Assembly: GCA_963768855.1 (NCBI GenBank)
Contig: CAVYJM010000017.1
Span: forward strand, 87,615-151,614
Reading direction: 5' to 3'
Length of the DNA: 64,000 nucleotides
From: an uncultured Thermoplasmata archaeon
GTDB taxonomy: Archaea; Thermoplasmatota; Thermoplasmata; RBG-16-68-12
Under the pieces are notes generated by a model that was given only the letters and a program-made list of their open reading frames with translations, was not told where the DNA came from and made no database searches. Below, in pieces: positions 29,489-39,680 of this stretch (positions are counted from its first letter, which is position 1; every line of letters starts with the position of its first letter). Both the position numbers and the translations under genes were made by a program.

Positions 29489-30766
29489 TCACGCGCGGTT
29501 CGCTTTCTCGGGAATCCGCCGCGCGACGTGCTGGAGCAGGAGGAGGCTCGGCACGGCGGGGGAGACCAGGATGATCCACGCGACCATCGGGTCCGGGACG
29601 AGCGCGAGGACGACGCCGCCGAAGAAGACGGCCAGCAGGTAGGCGGCGCTCGTGACGGTCTGGAACGCGCCGTTGTAGTTGCCGATCTCCCGTTCCGGGG
29701 CCATGTTGGACGGCAGGGTCGTCTGGGGAATCGCGACGAAGTTCTCCCCGACGGTGGACACGACGACTGCCAAGATGAACACGGCAAGCGGGGCGACCTG
29801 CCACTCGCCCGATGCGCCGATCGCCAGGAAGGCGGCCGAGTAGAGGAGCACCCCGATCGCCCCGACCCACGTGTGCCGGCGTCCCAGGACGGCACGGGTC
29901 GTGCGCGTCTGGCCCAAGACCACGATGACGCAGTTCAGGGCGAGCCCGAGCCCGATGACGTCGTACGTCAGGCCGAGGGTCGAGTTCACGAACAGCTGGA
30001 ACGTGACGGCCCACTGGCCCGCGACGAGCGCGGCGAACGCGAAGGCCAAGCACATCTCGAGGAAGACGCGGTCCGCCATGAGCACGCGAAGGCTGCGTCG
30101 CATCGAATCGCGCTGGATCTGGAGGACGGACTCGGCAGCAGGCACGCCGGTCGTCGGGTCTCCCACCGCACCGGCGCTGTGGCGAATCTGACGCAGGCGT
30201 TCATCGTACGGGGACGGATGGAGCCGCACGGCCACGAGGACGGAGGCCGCCCCGATGAACAGGGACGCGAGGGCCGCGATGGCGGGGAAGCCGATCACGC
30301 CGACGAGGAGGCCCCCGATCGCGACGCCGGCACCCGCCCCCGCGTTGAATCCGACTCGGATCCAGGTGAAGCCCTTCGTCCGCTCGGAACCTTCCGCGAG
30401 GTCCGCGACGTAGGCTGAGTTCGCCGGGTTGCCGAGAGAGCCGAACAAGAACCCCAGCGTGACCGCAACGGAGACCGCGATCAGGGACACGACGAGCATG
30501 CCGTAGGCGAGGAAGAGCGCGCCGCCCGCCTCGCCGACGATCGAAAGGAGGAGGAGGCGACGCCGGCCGAACCGGTCCGTGAACAGGCCGGCCAGAGGGG
30601 ACAGGAGCAGGGGAGGGATTCCGTACGCCAGGATGAGGGCGCCGACGAGCTCGAAGCCGAGGCCGAGCACGTTGTGGAGGTAGAGGGAGAGGAACGCCTG
30701 GAACATGAAGAACCCGAAGGCGCGGATGCCGGCAACGAAGCCCAAGAGCCGGAGGTCCGATTCCAT
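29489..30766 (-). CDS. MFS transporter
   Basis: GLFTDRFGRRR motif A, about 12 TMs. Confidence 0.88.
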   Translation of the reverse strand: MESDLRLLGFVAGIRAFGFFMFQAFLSLYLHNVLGLGFELVGALILAYGIPPLLLSPLAGLFTDRFGRRRLLLLSIVGEAGGALFLAYGMLVVSLIAVSVAVTLGFLFGSLGNPANSAYVADLAEGSERTKGFTWIRVGFNAGAGAGVAIGGLLVGVIGFPAIAALASLFIGAASVLVAVRLHPSPYDERLRQIRHSAGAVGDPTTGVPAAESVLQIQRDSMRRSLRVLMADRVFLEMCLAFAFAALVAGQWAVTFQLFVNSTLGLTYDVIGLGLALNCVIVVLGQTRTTRAVLGRRHTWVGAIGVLLYSAAFLAIGASGEWQVAPLAVFILAVVVSTVGENFVAIPQTTLPSNMAPEREIGNYNGAFQTVTSAAYLLAVFFGGVVLALVPDPMVAWIILVSPAVPSLLLLQHVARRIPEKANRA

Positions 30767-30905
30767 GGCGACCCGCGGGCCATGAGGGGAATGGCTATGA
30801 GCTTTGCCCCCGGAGGGGCGCATCGACCCAACTTCTTGATCAAGGTCCTCGACGGAAAGCCGGCCGAGTCAAAGCATAAGAGGACCGCGGGCATGAGCAG
30901 GACGG

Positions 30906-31289
30906 ATGGCGGTCGAGGAAGGACAGAAGTTCTCCTGGCAGCGGACGTTCACCCTGGAGGACGTGGACGCGTTCGCGCGCCTGTCCGGGGACCGGGGGAC
31001 GCACCATCTCCGCCCCGACGAAGCCGGGCGGATCATGGTGCATGGGCTGCTGACCGCGACGATCCCGACCAAGATCGGGGGTGACCTCGATTACATCGCA
31101 CGGGAGATGACGTTCGAGTTCCTCCGGCCCGTCTTCGTAGGAGACACGGTCCGCGCCGAGGCCGTCGTGACGAAGGTGTCTCGCGAGGCGGGGCAGCTGG
31201 CTGTCGGCGTGGACTTCGAATGCCACAACCAGGATGGCAAGAAGGTCCTCGCGGGATCATCCGGTCCGAGTCCGGACAGTCTCCCCTGA
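30906..31289 (+). CDS. MaoC-like (hotdog) dehydratase
   Basis: FTLEDVDAFARLSGD..HH, IMVHGLL, FEFLRPVFVGDTV. Confidence 0.85.
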   Translation: MAVEEGQKFSWQRTFTLEDVDAFARLSGDRGTHHLRPDEAGRIMVHGLLTATIPTKIGGDLDYIAREMTFEFLRPVFVGDTVRAEAVVTKVSREAGQLAVGVDFECHNQDGKKVLAGSSGPSPDSLP

Positions 31290-31354
31290 ACGGGAGACCC
31301 TCATGGCGCCGCGAACCAGGGCTCGACTCATCGATGGGCAACCGGAAAGCTCGC

Positions 31355-34210
31355 TTAGTACATCTTCGGCTTCGCCTGCGGCTCGTTCCAGTATGGCCTC
31401 GTCGTCACGTACTTCAACTTCGCCTCGAAGAGGTCGTTCAGGAACTCCTTCTCCGTCTCGTCCATCTTCGCGAGGATCTTGCTCGCGGTGGTCGGGCCCA
31501 CCCCATACACGGAACTCGCGAACACCGCCCGCTTCCCGTACACCGCCACCAGGTCGGCAACCTGCTTCGAACGCGTGAGCAGCTTCTTCTCCTCGTCGCT
31601 GAGGTCGAGCTTCCGCTGGCGCTTCGCCAGCGCGTCGCGGACCGTCCAGGCCGAGAAAACGAGGACCGTGAGCAACCGGGATCGGCACTGCGTGCACTCC
31701 GGATGGTCGGGTAGCTCCCCGAGGCGAACCTCCTCATGGAAGTGGCCGCACTCGAAGCATAGGAGATGCACCGGTTCGGAAGCCAGGTGCAGTCGCATCC
31801 GGTCCAGTATCTCCTCCCGTTCCGCCTCCGGAGAGAAGAGTTCCGGCGCCTCGACGTAGCGGCGCAGGATCGGGTAGGCGAGCGGGGTCGGCGTCTCATC
31901 GGACTTGTGGACGACGACCTCGATCTCGCCGGTCCGGATCCGCTGCACGATCTCCCGCACGCGCCCGAAGTCCGCGTGGAGAAGGAGCGCCTCCCGCACG
32001 GCCTCGTCGTAGATGGGGGTGTTCGCGAAGCGAATCTCGAGGGAGTTCAGCTCGCCCTCGCCCATCGTCAGGCCGCGTCGAATCGCCCCGAACCGCTCCG
32101 CGATGAACTTCATGTAGTAGCCGAGAGGCAGGTGGTCCTCGAGTAACGCCTTCAGCCCGCCCTCCAGCGTCTCGTCGTCGATCTTGAGGAGGTCCTCCAC
32201 CAGCCCTTCCACGTCGAGCTCGCGCGTGTCCGCGACGAGCTCGTACAGGATGCGGTACGGGTCCGTCCACCAGAACCGCACGAGGTGCTTTCGCGCGAGG
32301 AGCTCCTCCAGGAGGTCGCCCAGGGTCACGTTCACGACCTCGCCGAAGGCCGAGTGGACGATCAGGAAGCGGTCGAACGCCTCCACGACGATGCGGTCGT
32401 CCGTCGGCACGGGGCATCCGGTCTTGCGGTGGTTCGCGACCTCCTCGACGAGGCGCTTCGCGCCGGTCTTGTTGATCGGCCACGCCTTCTCGAAGTGGGC
32501 GACCGTCTTCTCGAGGCCGCTCTTCGCCAGGCGGCGGTCCATCTCCTTCCGCAGCGCGCCCACCCGCTGCGCGAGGTGGTACGGCACGGGAAGCATCTCG
32601 CCGTCCCAGCCCGGGATCGCCGCGTTCGGGTCCGCGACCGGCGTGACATAGACGACGCCGTCCTGGCCGATCTTCGCGATCTTCCACGGCCGCCCGCGGA
32701 CGATGAAATGGAGGCCCTCCTTCGCGTGGAGGACCATGAACTCCTCCCCGAGGATGCCGACCTGCCGCTGGTCCGTCAGGTCGACGACCGGATACCGCCG
32801 CTCGTCGCGGATCGTCGAGAGGTTCTCGTAGTAGTAGCGGCGGCCCTTCGCCGTCACGCGGACGTCCTCACCCTGACGGCGCAGCACGCCGAGGTGGTCC
32901 AGGAACTCGGCGACCTTCCCGGCCTCTTCCTCATCGAGGCCTTGGTAGGGTCCCGCGGCGCGAATCGTCTTCAGAATCTGACGGAAGTTCGCGACGCCTC
33001 CCTGGTCCAAGGCCAGGCCGACGATCTGATGCGCGAGGACGTCGAGCGCGTTGCGATGCACGTGGAGGTGCTCAAGGTCCTTCGCCTTTGCGGCCTCGAC
33101 GACCGCGACGGACTCGATCGCGTCGTCCGCGGAGACGGCGAGGATCGTGCCCTTCGACGTGCGCTCGAGGGTGTGTCCGGAGCGGCCGACACGCTGGATG
33201 AAGGAGGTGACTTGGCGGGGAGACATGTACTGGACGACGCGGTCGATCGACCCGAGGTCCAGCCCCAACTCGAGGGTGCTGGTGCAAACAAGGCCTTTGA
33301 TCGTGCCTTCCTTGAACCCGGCCTCGACCCGCTCCCGCTCCTCCCGCGGGAGGGAGCCGTGGTGCACGCCGACGTCCATGCGGACCATGGCGAGGCGCGA
33401 GCCGAGGAGCTCCGCGAGGGGGCGGGCGTTCACGAACACGAGGGTCGAGCGGCTCTCGTCGAGGGTGTCGTCGATCTCGGAGAGGGAGGCGGCCGCCTCG
33501 GGGGTGATGTAGAGATCCCGCGCGGTCTCGAAGTCCTTGTCGATCGGGCGGGGCCACTCGACGTGGTACTCCATCTTCTTCTCCATCGAGGAGAGGAGAA
33601 TCTCGAGGGGTTCCTTGCCGCCGAAGAGGGCTGCGATCTCCTCGGGGTGGCCGACCGTCGCGGAGAGGCCGATGCGCTGGAAGTCCTTCTCTGTGATGCG
33701 GCGGAGGCGCTCGAGGGCGATCGCAAGCTGGACGCCGCGGCGGTCCTCCGCGAACTGGTGAATCTCGTCGATGATCACGAAGCGCACGTTCCGCAGGTGG
33801 CGCTGCATGATCTTTCCGGGGAGGATGGCTTGGAGGGTCTCCGGGGTGGTGATGAGGATGTCGGGAGGGTCCGCGGCTTGCTTCCGGCGTTCGGACGGAG
33901 GCGTGTCTCCGTGGCGGACTGCTGAGGTGAGGTGAGTGTCCGCGACGAGGCGTTTCACGCGGTCGGTGAGGTTTCGGTTGAGCGCACGAAGGGGCGTCAC
34001 ATAGAGGAGACGAATCCCTTTGCCATTCTGGTCAAGGAGGGCGGAGAGAATAGGGAGCAGGGCCGCCTCGGTCTTCCCTGAACCGGTCGGAGCGACGATT
34101 AGAGGCTGAGAGCCTTCGTTGATCGCCTTGCCTGCTCGTATCTGCATCCGGTTGAGCTCTCGAATGCCAGCACGCGATTGGAATGGATTGGCGTGTTTGG
34201 GGGGAGACAA
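31355..34210 (-). CDS. lhr: Lhr-family DEAD/DEAH-box helicase with C-terminal zinc finger
   Basis: APTGSGKTEAA, TPLRALN, RHGDT, ITTPETL, IIDEIH, IGLSAT, HHGSL, TSTLELGLD, QRVGRSGH, CFEC...CTQC. Start uncertain: TTG 34210 about 25 nt from a TATA-like CTATTTAG, or GTG 34306. Confidence 0.92.
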   Translation of the reverse strand: MSPPKHANPFQSRAGIRELNRMQIRAGKAINEGSQPLIVAPTGSGKTEAALLPILSALLDQNGKGIRLLYVTPLRALNRNLTDRVKRLVADTHLTSAVRHGDTPPSERRKQAADPPDILITTPETLQAILPGKIMQRHLRNVRFVIIDEIHQFAEDRRGVQLAIALERLRRITEKDFQRIGLSATVGHPEEIAALFGGKEPLEILLSSMEKKMEYHVEWPRPIDKDFETARDLYITPEAAASLSEIDDTLDESRSTLVFVNARPLAELLGSRLAMVRMDVGVHHGSLPREERERVEAGFKEGTIKGLVCTSTLELGLDLGSIDRVVQYMSPRQVTSFIQRVGRSGHTLERTSKGTILAVSADDAIESVAVVEAAKAKDLEHLHVHRNALDVLAHQIVGLALDQGGVANFRQILKTIRAAGPYQGLDEEEAGKVAEFLDHLGVLRRQGEDVRVTAKGRRYYYENLSTIRDERRYPVVDLTDQRQVGILGEEFMVLHAKEGLHFIVRGRPWKIAKIGQDGVVYVTPVADPNAAIPGWDGEMLPVPYHLAQRVGALRKEMDRRLAKSGLEKTVAHFEKAWPINKTGAKRLVEEVANHRKTGCPVPTDDRIVVEAFDRFLIVHSAFGEVVNVTLGDLLEELLARKHLVRFWWTDPYRILYELVADTRELDVEGLVEDLLKIDDETLEGGLKALLEDHLPLGYYMKFIAERFGAIRRGLTMGEGELNSLEIRFANTPIYDEAVREALLLHADFGRVREIVQRIRTGEIEVVVHKSDETPTPLAYPILRRYVEAPELFSPEAEREEILDRMRLHLASEPVHLLCFECGHFHEEVRLGELPDHPECTQCRSRLLTVLVFSAWTVRDALAKRQRKLDLSDEEKKLLTRSKQVADLVAVYGKRAVFASSVYGVGPTTASKILAKMDETEKEFLNDLFEAKLKYVTTRPYWNEPQAKPKMY

Positions 34211-34317
34211 AGGTAGCGTCGAACCTCGAGCTACGCTAAATAGGTACCTGGCAGTGGGCAAACTGGCGTCCCCCGTGGTCCAAGACAGTGACTCAGATCC
34301 ACCCACAGCATGGACAC

Positions 34318-34860
34318 CTACTCGGAGAACCGCGACTCAAGCAGCGACATAGTCTCGGCATCTTCGCCTTCAGTCTTCCAAAAGGAGACTGTATATTGAC
34401 GACCATCGACGCCAAGGAGGTTCAAGCCAATCCAGGCACCCTCCTTTCGAGCCTTGCGGATGCGCTTGGACCGGAGCAATCCGGTGCGGACCTCACAGAA
34501 CTGCCTGACACCGGAGCCTTCCAATTGCTTGAGAGACGCGGCCTTCGCGAGAGCCGCGGGCATTCCCAAGGGGGTCATGTCTCCCTTAACCTCCCTCCAT
34601 GCATCAATGTCCCGAATCAGAACGATGCGGAGAGTCGTCACATAGAGACGACTCGATACCTTCTTGCTGAACCCTGCGAAGATAACTCTCGACAACACTC
34701 GACGCCAAGGCGATCGCGCATTCATGTCCCAGCCCTGGGCCATCCTAATCAGAGACTCCCCGGGCTCGAGTATTAGCCCCCCGAGGGCATCGTAGACGGT
34801 GAGCCGGCCCTCGATGTCCCCGGCACGGACAATGCTAGCGGGCTGATGCTGTCGATTCAT
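34318..34860 (-). CDS. Low-GC hypothetical protein, possibly PH-like fold (candidate immunity/accessory protein)
   Basis: Starts 1 bp after the giant gene's stop. SRLYVTTLRIVL resembles the core strands of GRAM/bPH domains. Confidence 0.6.
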   Translation of the reverse strand: MNRQHQPASIVRAGDIEGRLTVYDALGGLILEPGESLIRMAQGWDMNARSPWRRVLSRVIFAGFSKKVSSRLYVTTLRIVLIRDIDAWREVKGDMTPLGMPAALAKAASLKQLEGSGVRQFCEVRTGLLRSKRIRKARKEGAWIGLNLLGVDGRQYTVSFWKTEGEDAETMSLLESRFSE

Positions 34861-34861
34861 C

Positions 34862-37800
34862 CTATGGAGCCACCAATATAGTGGGAGACGGCGGATTGAG
34901 GTTATTGCAGAATCTCATCGACTCCGCCAACGCTGAAAGCAACGCGCCAAGCGCATCTTCTGCAATTGCTGAAGGGATTTCGCCACCTAGAATATACTCG
35001 AAAAGGAAGACTATCGTGGAGCCGGGTGAGCTAGTCAGCTTTGCTGCGAGTCGATTCGGCACAATCCCGAGTTGATTCTGGAGACCAACTGCGAGGCCAA
35101 GTCCCAACTGCCAGCCGATGGAGAGAGCTGGCCCATAGAGGGGAACCACGCCGAGTGAGGTGTCGAGCACCGTCGCTCCGACGGCCTCGTAGTGGGAAAG
35201 ACTCTGAATGGCATCTGCAGAGGTGGCAGCAAGGAACAGTTCGTATGACGCAAGGATTCCACCAACGGCGAGAGTTGCGGCCATGCCTACCTTGAGCGAT
35301 ACACCGCTACGGATCGCGCTCCCTTCGAAAAGGCTGGGGGCAAGCACAACCTCGCTCCGGACTATCCCGAAGACCGTTACAGCTCCTGCGAACGCGTAGA
35401 CCGTTCCCCTCAGGGCATCTCCCTCCATGTATGCCAGGACCGCTTGACTGCCAAAGATGACCAACGTCGCGCCGATCGCGGCTCCCTGCAGCCCCGTGCG
35501 GAGGTTGAAGTTCCTCGCACCGGACAGGATGACCGAGTCGTCCAGATCATCCAGGATCTCGGCGTTCCCAAGCTCCCATTCCATCGAGAAGGAGTCCGTG
35601 GTGGGATACCCGATGTCCGGACCGAACGTTTGGATATTCACCGTTCTCGTTCCGGAGGCACTGACGAGGTAGATCGGGTTCCACTCGACGGCCCCACCGA
35701 TCGTCACTGCGGTCACGTAGGATCGGTCGAATGCGAGCTCGCCTCCGATCCACGCCGGCAAGGCGGCCGTGGTCGGGACGAGACGGGCGACCAGCTGGCT
35801 CGTCAGGGAGACCCCGCGACGGATGATCTTCAGAATCGCGAGGTTCGTGCCGAGCGCGTCGCGACCATCGCGCACCCATTGGTCCGGAGAGGACCAGGCA
35901 ATCGTCGCCTGGAACTCGGCGATGTCCTGCTCCGTGTCCGCAGACAGCCAGATGGCATCCGCGGATTGGGCCACGGCATCCTCGAAGGCGCTCCCGACAC
36001 GGTATACATAGACGGAGTACGGGCCGTAGGCATGGAGGCCATCCGCGACTCCTTCGATCGACCCGGGAAGGGCAACGTTCAGGTCTGTGAGGTCAACGTC
36101 GAGTCGGGCCACGATCCGTTCCGCCAACCGCTCGACCTTCGTGATCGCCGCTCCGACCGTGATCGTCGAGGCGTTCAGAGCCGTCTTCTCGATGTTGCCG
36201 CTCGCACTCCGGAGCCACACCGGAACCACGTCGAGAACGGCGTACAGGCGTCCGTCGCGCAAGATCGCGTTCCCCGGCTTCGCGACCTCCTTCGGGATCC
36301 GCAGGACGAACTGGTACGCGTGATCGTCCGTCCTCGCGCCGAGCGCCACACTCTGGTAGTAGGGAGAGGACCCGAGGAAGTCGGAGCTCCGGTGGAGGGA
36401 ATACTGGAAAGCCGGCACGATGACGAGCCCCTCGGGCGTCCGTGTGCCCCGATCCGTATCACCACGGATCGAGACCTGCACCAAAAGGGTCTGCGAGACA
36501 TCCGGGACGAGAGGAATCTCGAGGGTCGCGTGGTCCAGGGAGGTCCCGTACTCGTCCGTCGTGCGGACCGGCGCGACGTTGACGAAATCGACGTCCCAGA
36601 GGTGGTTGTGGTTCGTGTACTCGATGATGTACTTCCGCGGAGCCGTCACCGAACAGGCGCCCCGCTCGTACGTGAACAGGCCGGAGCCTTCGAGCCCCAT
36701 GTACCGCATCCCCAGTGCGGTGTAGTTCGTCTCGCCTCCCGCCAGGAAGGTCTTGTTGATCCAGCCCGCCACGTTCGACGCAGACTCGTCGCTGCTCCGC
36801 GTCGCCTCCGCCGTGTGCTCCGAGAGGAACACACACGTGTCGTCTTCGACGTTGTAGGTCCAGATCGCGGCGTACGCTCCGTGCACGTCGAGCGCGTGGA
36901 ACCGCTGGGTGAACCGGATGAGGCCCGGCGCGAAAGAGCTGGTCCACGGAAAAGCCCAGGTCTCGGTCGGGGCCAGGTCGATCCCATCGAGGAGTCCGTC
37001 CGCGTCCGAATCGGAAGCGAGGGGGTTCGTCGGCCGCCGGTTCGTGCCCCGGATCTCGTCTCCGTCGGAGAGGCCGTCGTGGTCCGTGTCCGCATCGGAC
37101 GGATCCGTCCCGAATCCAACGAGATCTGCGCCGCCCCACTCTGCCGCGTCCCCGAGTCCGTCCCCGTCCGTGTCCCGCGAGACCGGGCTGGTGACGACGG
37201 ACCGATCCGCCGGTGCGCCGTCAATCACCAAGGAAAGGGGATGCGGCGTGACCTCGAATCCGTCGCCCAGCGTATCGGCATCCGTGTCCGTTCGCGTCGG
37301 GTCCGATCCGTATGTGGATCGCTCGGCGCCGTCGGCGAGCCCGTCGCGGTCCGTGTCGGGCTCGTTCGGGTTCGTCACGTTCCACTCTGGCGGCGGGTCG
37401 ACTTCGTCCCCGTCGGGGAGGCCGTCCGAATCGGTATCTGGATTGAGCGGATCGGTCCGGACGACGCGCTCGTGGGGTTCTCCGTCCACCGCATATGCGA
37501 TCGTGTGCGCGGAGGACTCCCAACCGTCGGAGAGGCCATCGCCATCGAGATCGGCGAGAACGGGTGACATGTCCGGCAGGGCCCGCTCCTCGCCGTCCGC
37601 CAGGCCGTCCCCATCCGTGTCCGCACGGTCGGGGGACGTCCGGGCCGCGAAGCGCACGGAGGCTCGCTGGATGAACCCCCCGACATCCGCGCCGTGGTCT
37701 CGCACCACGAGCCGCCATATCCCCGAGCGCGCGAAATCGTAGGCGGTCAGGTTGGACACGACAAGTCCATCGGACGTCGACCCTTGTGCATCGCGCAGCG

Positions 37801-39493
37801 CGTCGAGGACGAGCGAAACGCCATTCGCAGTGCGAACGACCTGAGGATGCCAGGGGACCTGGAGACCTTCGGAGACCTCGAGGCGCTCGCCGGACGCGAC
37901 CGTGAGGCCCCACATCCGTGGCTCCGCGCGCAGCGGCGCAAGGTTGCCGACGCTCGTTCCTCCGGTGAGGTTGCAGGCGGGGTAACAGGGAGGCGGGGGA
38001 GTCGAGACCTTGTTGCTCACGCTGACCGTGAGCGAGCGGCTCGCGGCGTTGCCTGCGGCGTCGGCGGCACGCACTTCGATGACGTGGTCCGCGTTCGTCA
38101 GGTCCATGGTTTCGTAGAGGAATACGAAGGGGTCCTGCTCGCGGGTCTCGACCCGCACCCCGTCGAGGAGGAGCTCGACGGACACGACGCCTTGGGCGTC
38201 ATACGCCCCGACGGAGACCCCCAGGAGACCGCTGACGGTCTCCCCGGCGCCAGGCGATAGGATCTGCAAATCCGGTGGCGTCCGGTCCACGACGACAGAC
38301 AGCGGGGCGGAGAGGGCCGCCGTCTTCCAGTCCACCGAGGGACCTGTCGCCTCGACCTGGAGGGACACCGGTCCTTCCGCGAGTGCGTCCGTCGGCCACT
38401 CCAGCGAAAACACGTCCGACGCGTCGAGGGGCTCCACCGGGCGCTCCACCCCGTTGACGAGGAGCCGGACCCAGCCGTCGGCAACTGCGGGCGAAACGCG
38501 ACCTGTGACACGGACATCCCCCCGGACGCTCCGACCCGGTGCAGGAGATGTGATGGCCACCCCGCGCTCGAAGGCGCCGGGATCCCAGAGGAGATAGGAT
38601 TCCTCCCGCGTGCCATTGCGCGTGACGAGGCTCACGGACAGATCGTCCGGCCGAGGATGGACGAGGTCGACGGCCACGACCCCGGAGACCAAGTCCCCTG
38701 AGACGGGAGGCCCAATCAGGGAGAGGTTCACTTCTCGGAGAGGCGGCAGGATGATCGGGACTTCCGGTTCGGAGAGCTGGACGGCGTGGATCCGGGTCTC
38801 CTCCTCGAGATTCCGGAGGCCGTCCCCATCCACGTCTCCCGAATCCGCCTCCAGGGCGAAGTCGTCGAAGTACAGGCCGTACGACGCCCCGGTGAGGCCT
38901 GCGGCGCACAGGAACCCGACGGCCACCTTGACGGACGCGGCCGAGCGCCAGGGGGCCGAGGGGAAGTCCGCGGCCGGGTTCCGACCGACATCGATCCAGG
39001 TGTTGAGCATCGGCTGGTCGTCCAGGAGGACGTCCGAGAGCGTGGGTGCGCACCGGCCCGCGTTCTGGCTGGCGTGGTACGCGGTCACGTACCGGTACGT
39101 GCCCAGGGTCGCGTGCCTCGAGTCGAGGAGCTCCAGAGAGATCCCCGCGGCGTAGGCATCCCATGGCGACGCCACCGTGTCCTGCAGGGAGTCGTAGAGG
39201 AGGGAGAGCCGGAGCTCGCCGAGGGGCGCACCGCGGGTTGAGAAGATCGCGTACCCGTAGGCGGCGCCGAAGTCGCGGACGCTCCATCCGTGGATCTCGA
39301 CCCGATAGGCGCGAAGGCCGGAGTGGGCAAGGGCCGTCGAATATCCCGCGCTCGCGCGATCTCCCAGGTGGAAGTGCGTGAACGAGATCCAGAAGTCGTC
39401 CTCGAAATCATCCGTGAGCGCGTCGCGCTGGACCGGGACGAGGACCAGGAACGCGACAAGGAAGACGCCAGCTATCTCAAGAGAACGCCGCAA
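34862..39493 (-). CDS. 1543-aa secreted multidomain protein: Ig-like domains, split P-domain-like module, 9 DxDxDGLxD-type Ca-binding repeats, hydrophobic Gly/Ala-rich C-terminus
   Basis: N-terminal signal peptide, repeats such as DTDGDGLADGEE and DTDSDGLPDGDE, Ig-like DRTPPDLQILSP...AADAAGNAAS. Confidence 0.82.
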   Translation of the reverse strand: MRRSLEIAGVFLVAFLVLVPVQRDALTDDFEDDFWISFTHFHLGDRASAGYSTALAHSGLRAYRVEIHGWSVRDFGAAYGYAIFSTRGAPLGELRLSLLYDSLQDTVASPWDAYAAGISLELLDSRHATLGTYRYVTAYHASQNAGRCAPTLSDVLLDDQPMLNTWIDVGRNPAADFPSAPWRSAASVKVAVGFLCAAGLTGASYGLYFDDFALEADSGDVDGDGLRNLEEETRIHAVQLSEPEVPIILPPLREVNLSLIGPPVSGDLVSGVVAVDLVHPRPDDLSVSLVTRNGTREESYLLWDPGAFERGVAITSPAPGRSVRGDVRVTGRVSPAVADGWVRLLVNGVERPVEPLDASDVFSLEWPTDALAEGPVSLQVEATGPSVDWKTAALSAPLSVVVDRTPPDLQILSPGAGETVSGLLGVSVGAYDAQGVVSVELLLDGVRVETREQDPFVFLYETMDLTNADHVIEVRAADAAGNAASRSLTVSVSNKVSTPPPPCYPACNLTGGTSVGNLAPLRAEPRMWGLTVASGERLEVSEGLQVPWHPQVVRTANGVSLVLDALRDAQGSTSDGLVVSNLTAYDFARSGIWRLVVRDHGADVGGFIQRASVRFAARTSPDRADTDGDGLADGEERALPDMSPVLADLDGDGLSDGWESSAHTIAYAVDGEPHERVVRTDPLNPDTDSDGLPDGDEVDPPPEWNVTNPNEPDTDRDGLADGAERSTYGSDPTRTDTDADTLGDGFEVTPHPLSLVIDGAPADRSVVTSPVSRDTDGDGLGDAAEWGGADLVGFGTDPSDADTDHDGLSDGDEIRGTNRRPTNPLASDSDADGLLDGIDLAPTETWAFPWTSSFAPGLIRFTQRFHALDVHGAYAAIWTYNVEDDTCVFLSEHTAEATRSSDESASNVAGWINKTFLAGGETNYTALGMRYMGLEGSGLFTYERGACSVTAPRKYIIEYTNHNHLWDVDFVNVAPVRTTDEYGTSLDHATLEIPLVPDVSQTLLVQVSIRGDTDRGTRTPEGLVIVPAFQYSLHRSSDFLGSSPYYQSVALGARTDDHAYQFVLRIPKEVAKPGNAILRDGRLYAVLDVVPVWLRSASGNIEKTALNASTITVGAAITKVERLAERIVARLDVDLTDLNVALPGSIEGVADGLHAYGPYSVYVYRVGSAFEDAVAQSADAIWLSADTEQDIAEFQATIAWSSPDQWVRDGRDALGTNLAILKIIRRGVSLTSQLVARLVPTTAALPAWIGGELAFDRSYVTAVTIGGAVEWNPIYLVSASGTRTVNIQTFGPDIGYPTTDSFSMEWELGNAEILDDLDDSVILSGARNFNLRTGLQGAAIGATLVIFGSQAVLAYMEGDALRGTVYAFAGAVTVFGIVRSEVVLAPSLFEGSAIRSGVSLKVGMAATLAVGGILASYELFLAATSADAIQSLSHYEAVGATVLDTSLGVVPLYGPALSIGWQLGLGLAVGLQNQLGIVPNRLAAKLTSSPGSTIVFLFEYILGGEIPSAIAEDALGALLSALAESMRFCNNLNPPSPTILVAP

Positions 39494-39620
39494 GAACCCC
39501 TACCCCCACACGAGTCGAAGGGCCCGAGAAGCCCTTCCAGATCCTCCGCCGCCGGGACGTGGATTTCAGTTATATCAAGATGCGCAGCGAGTGTGGCAGG
39601 AGGCTGTCAGCCCAGGAAGG

Positions 39621-39680
39621 ATTTCGGCGCGCATCGAGAGAACCGAAATCGGAAATCGCCATTTCGGAACACCGAATCGG
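39621..39680. promoter_or_regulatory. Clustered ATTTCGG/CCGAAAT motifs between divergent genes
   Basis: ATTTCGG at 39621 and 39661, CCGAAAT at 39643, CCGAAT at 39672. Confidence 0.35.
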
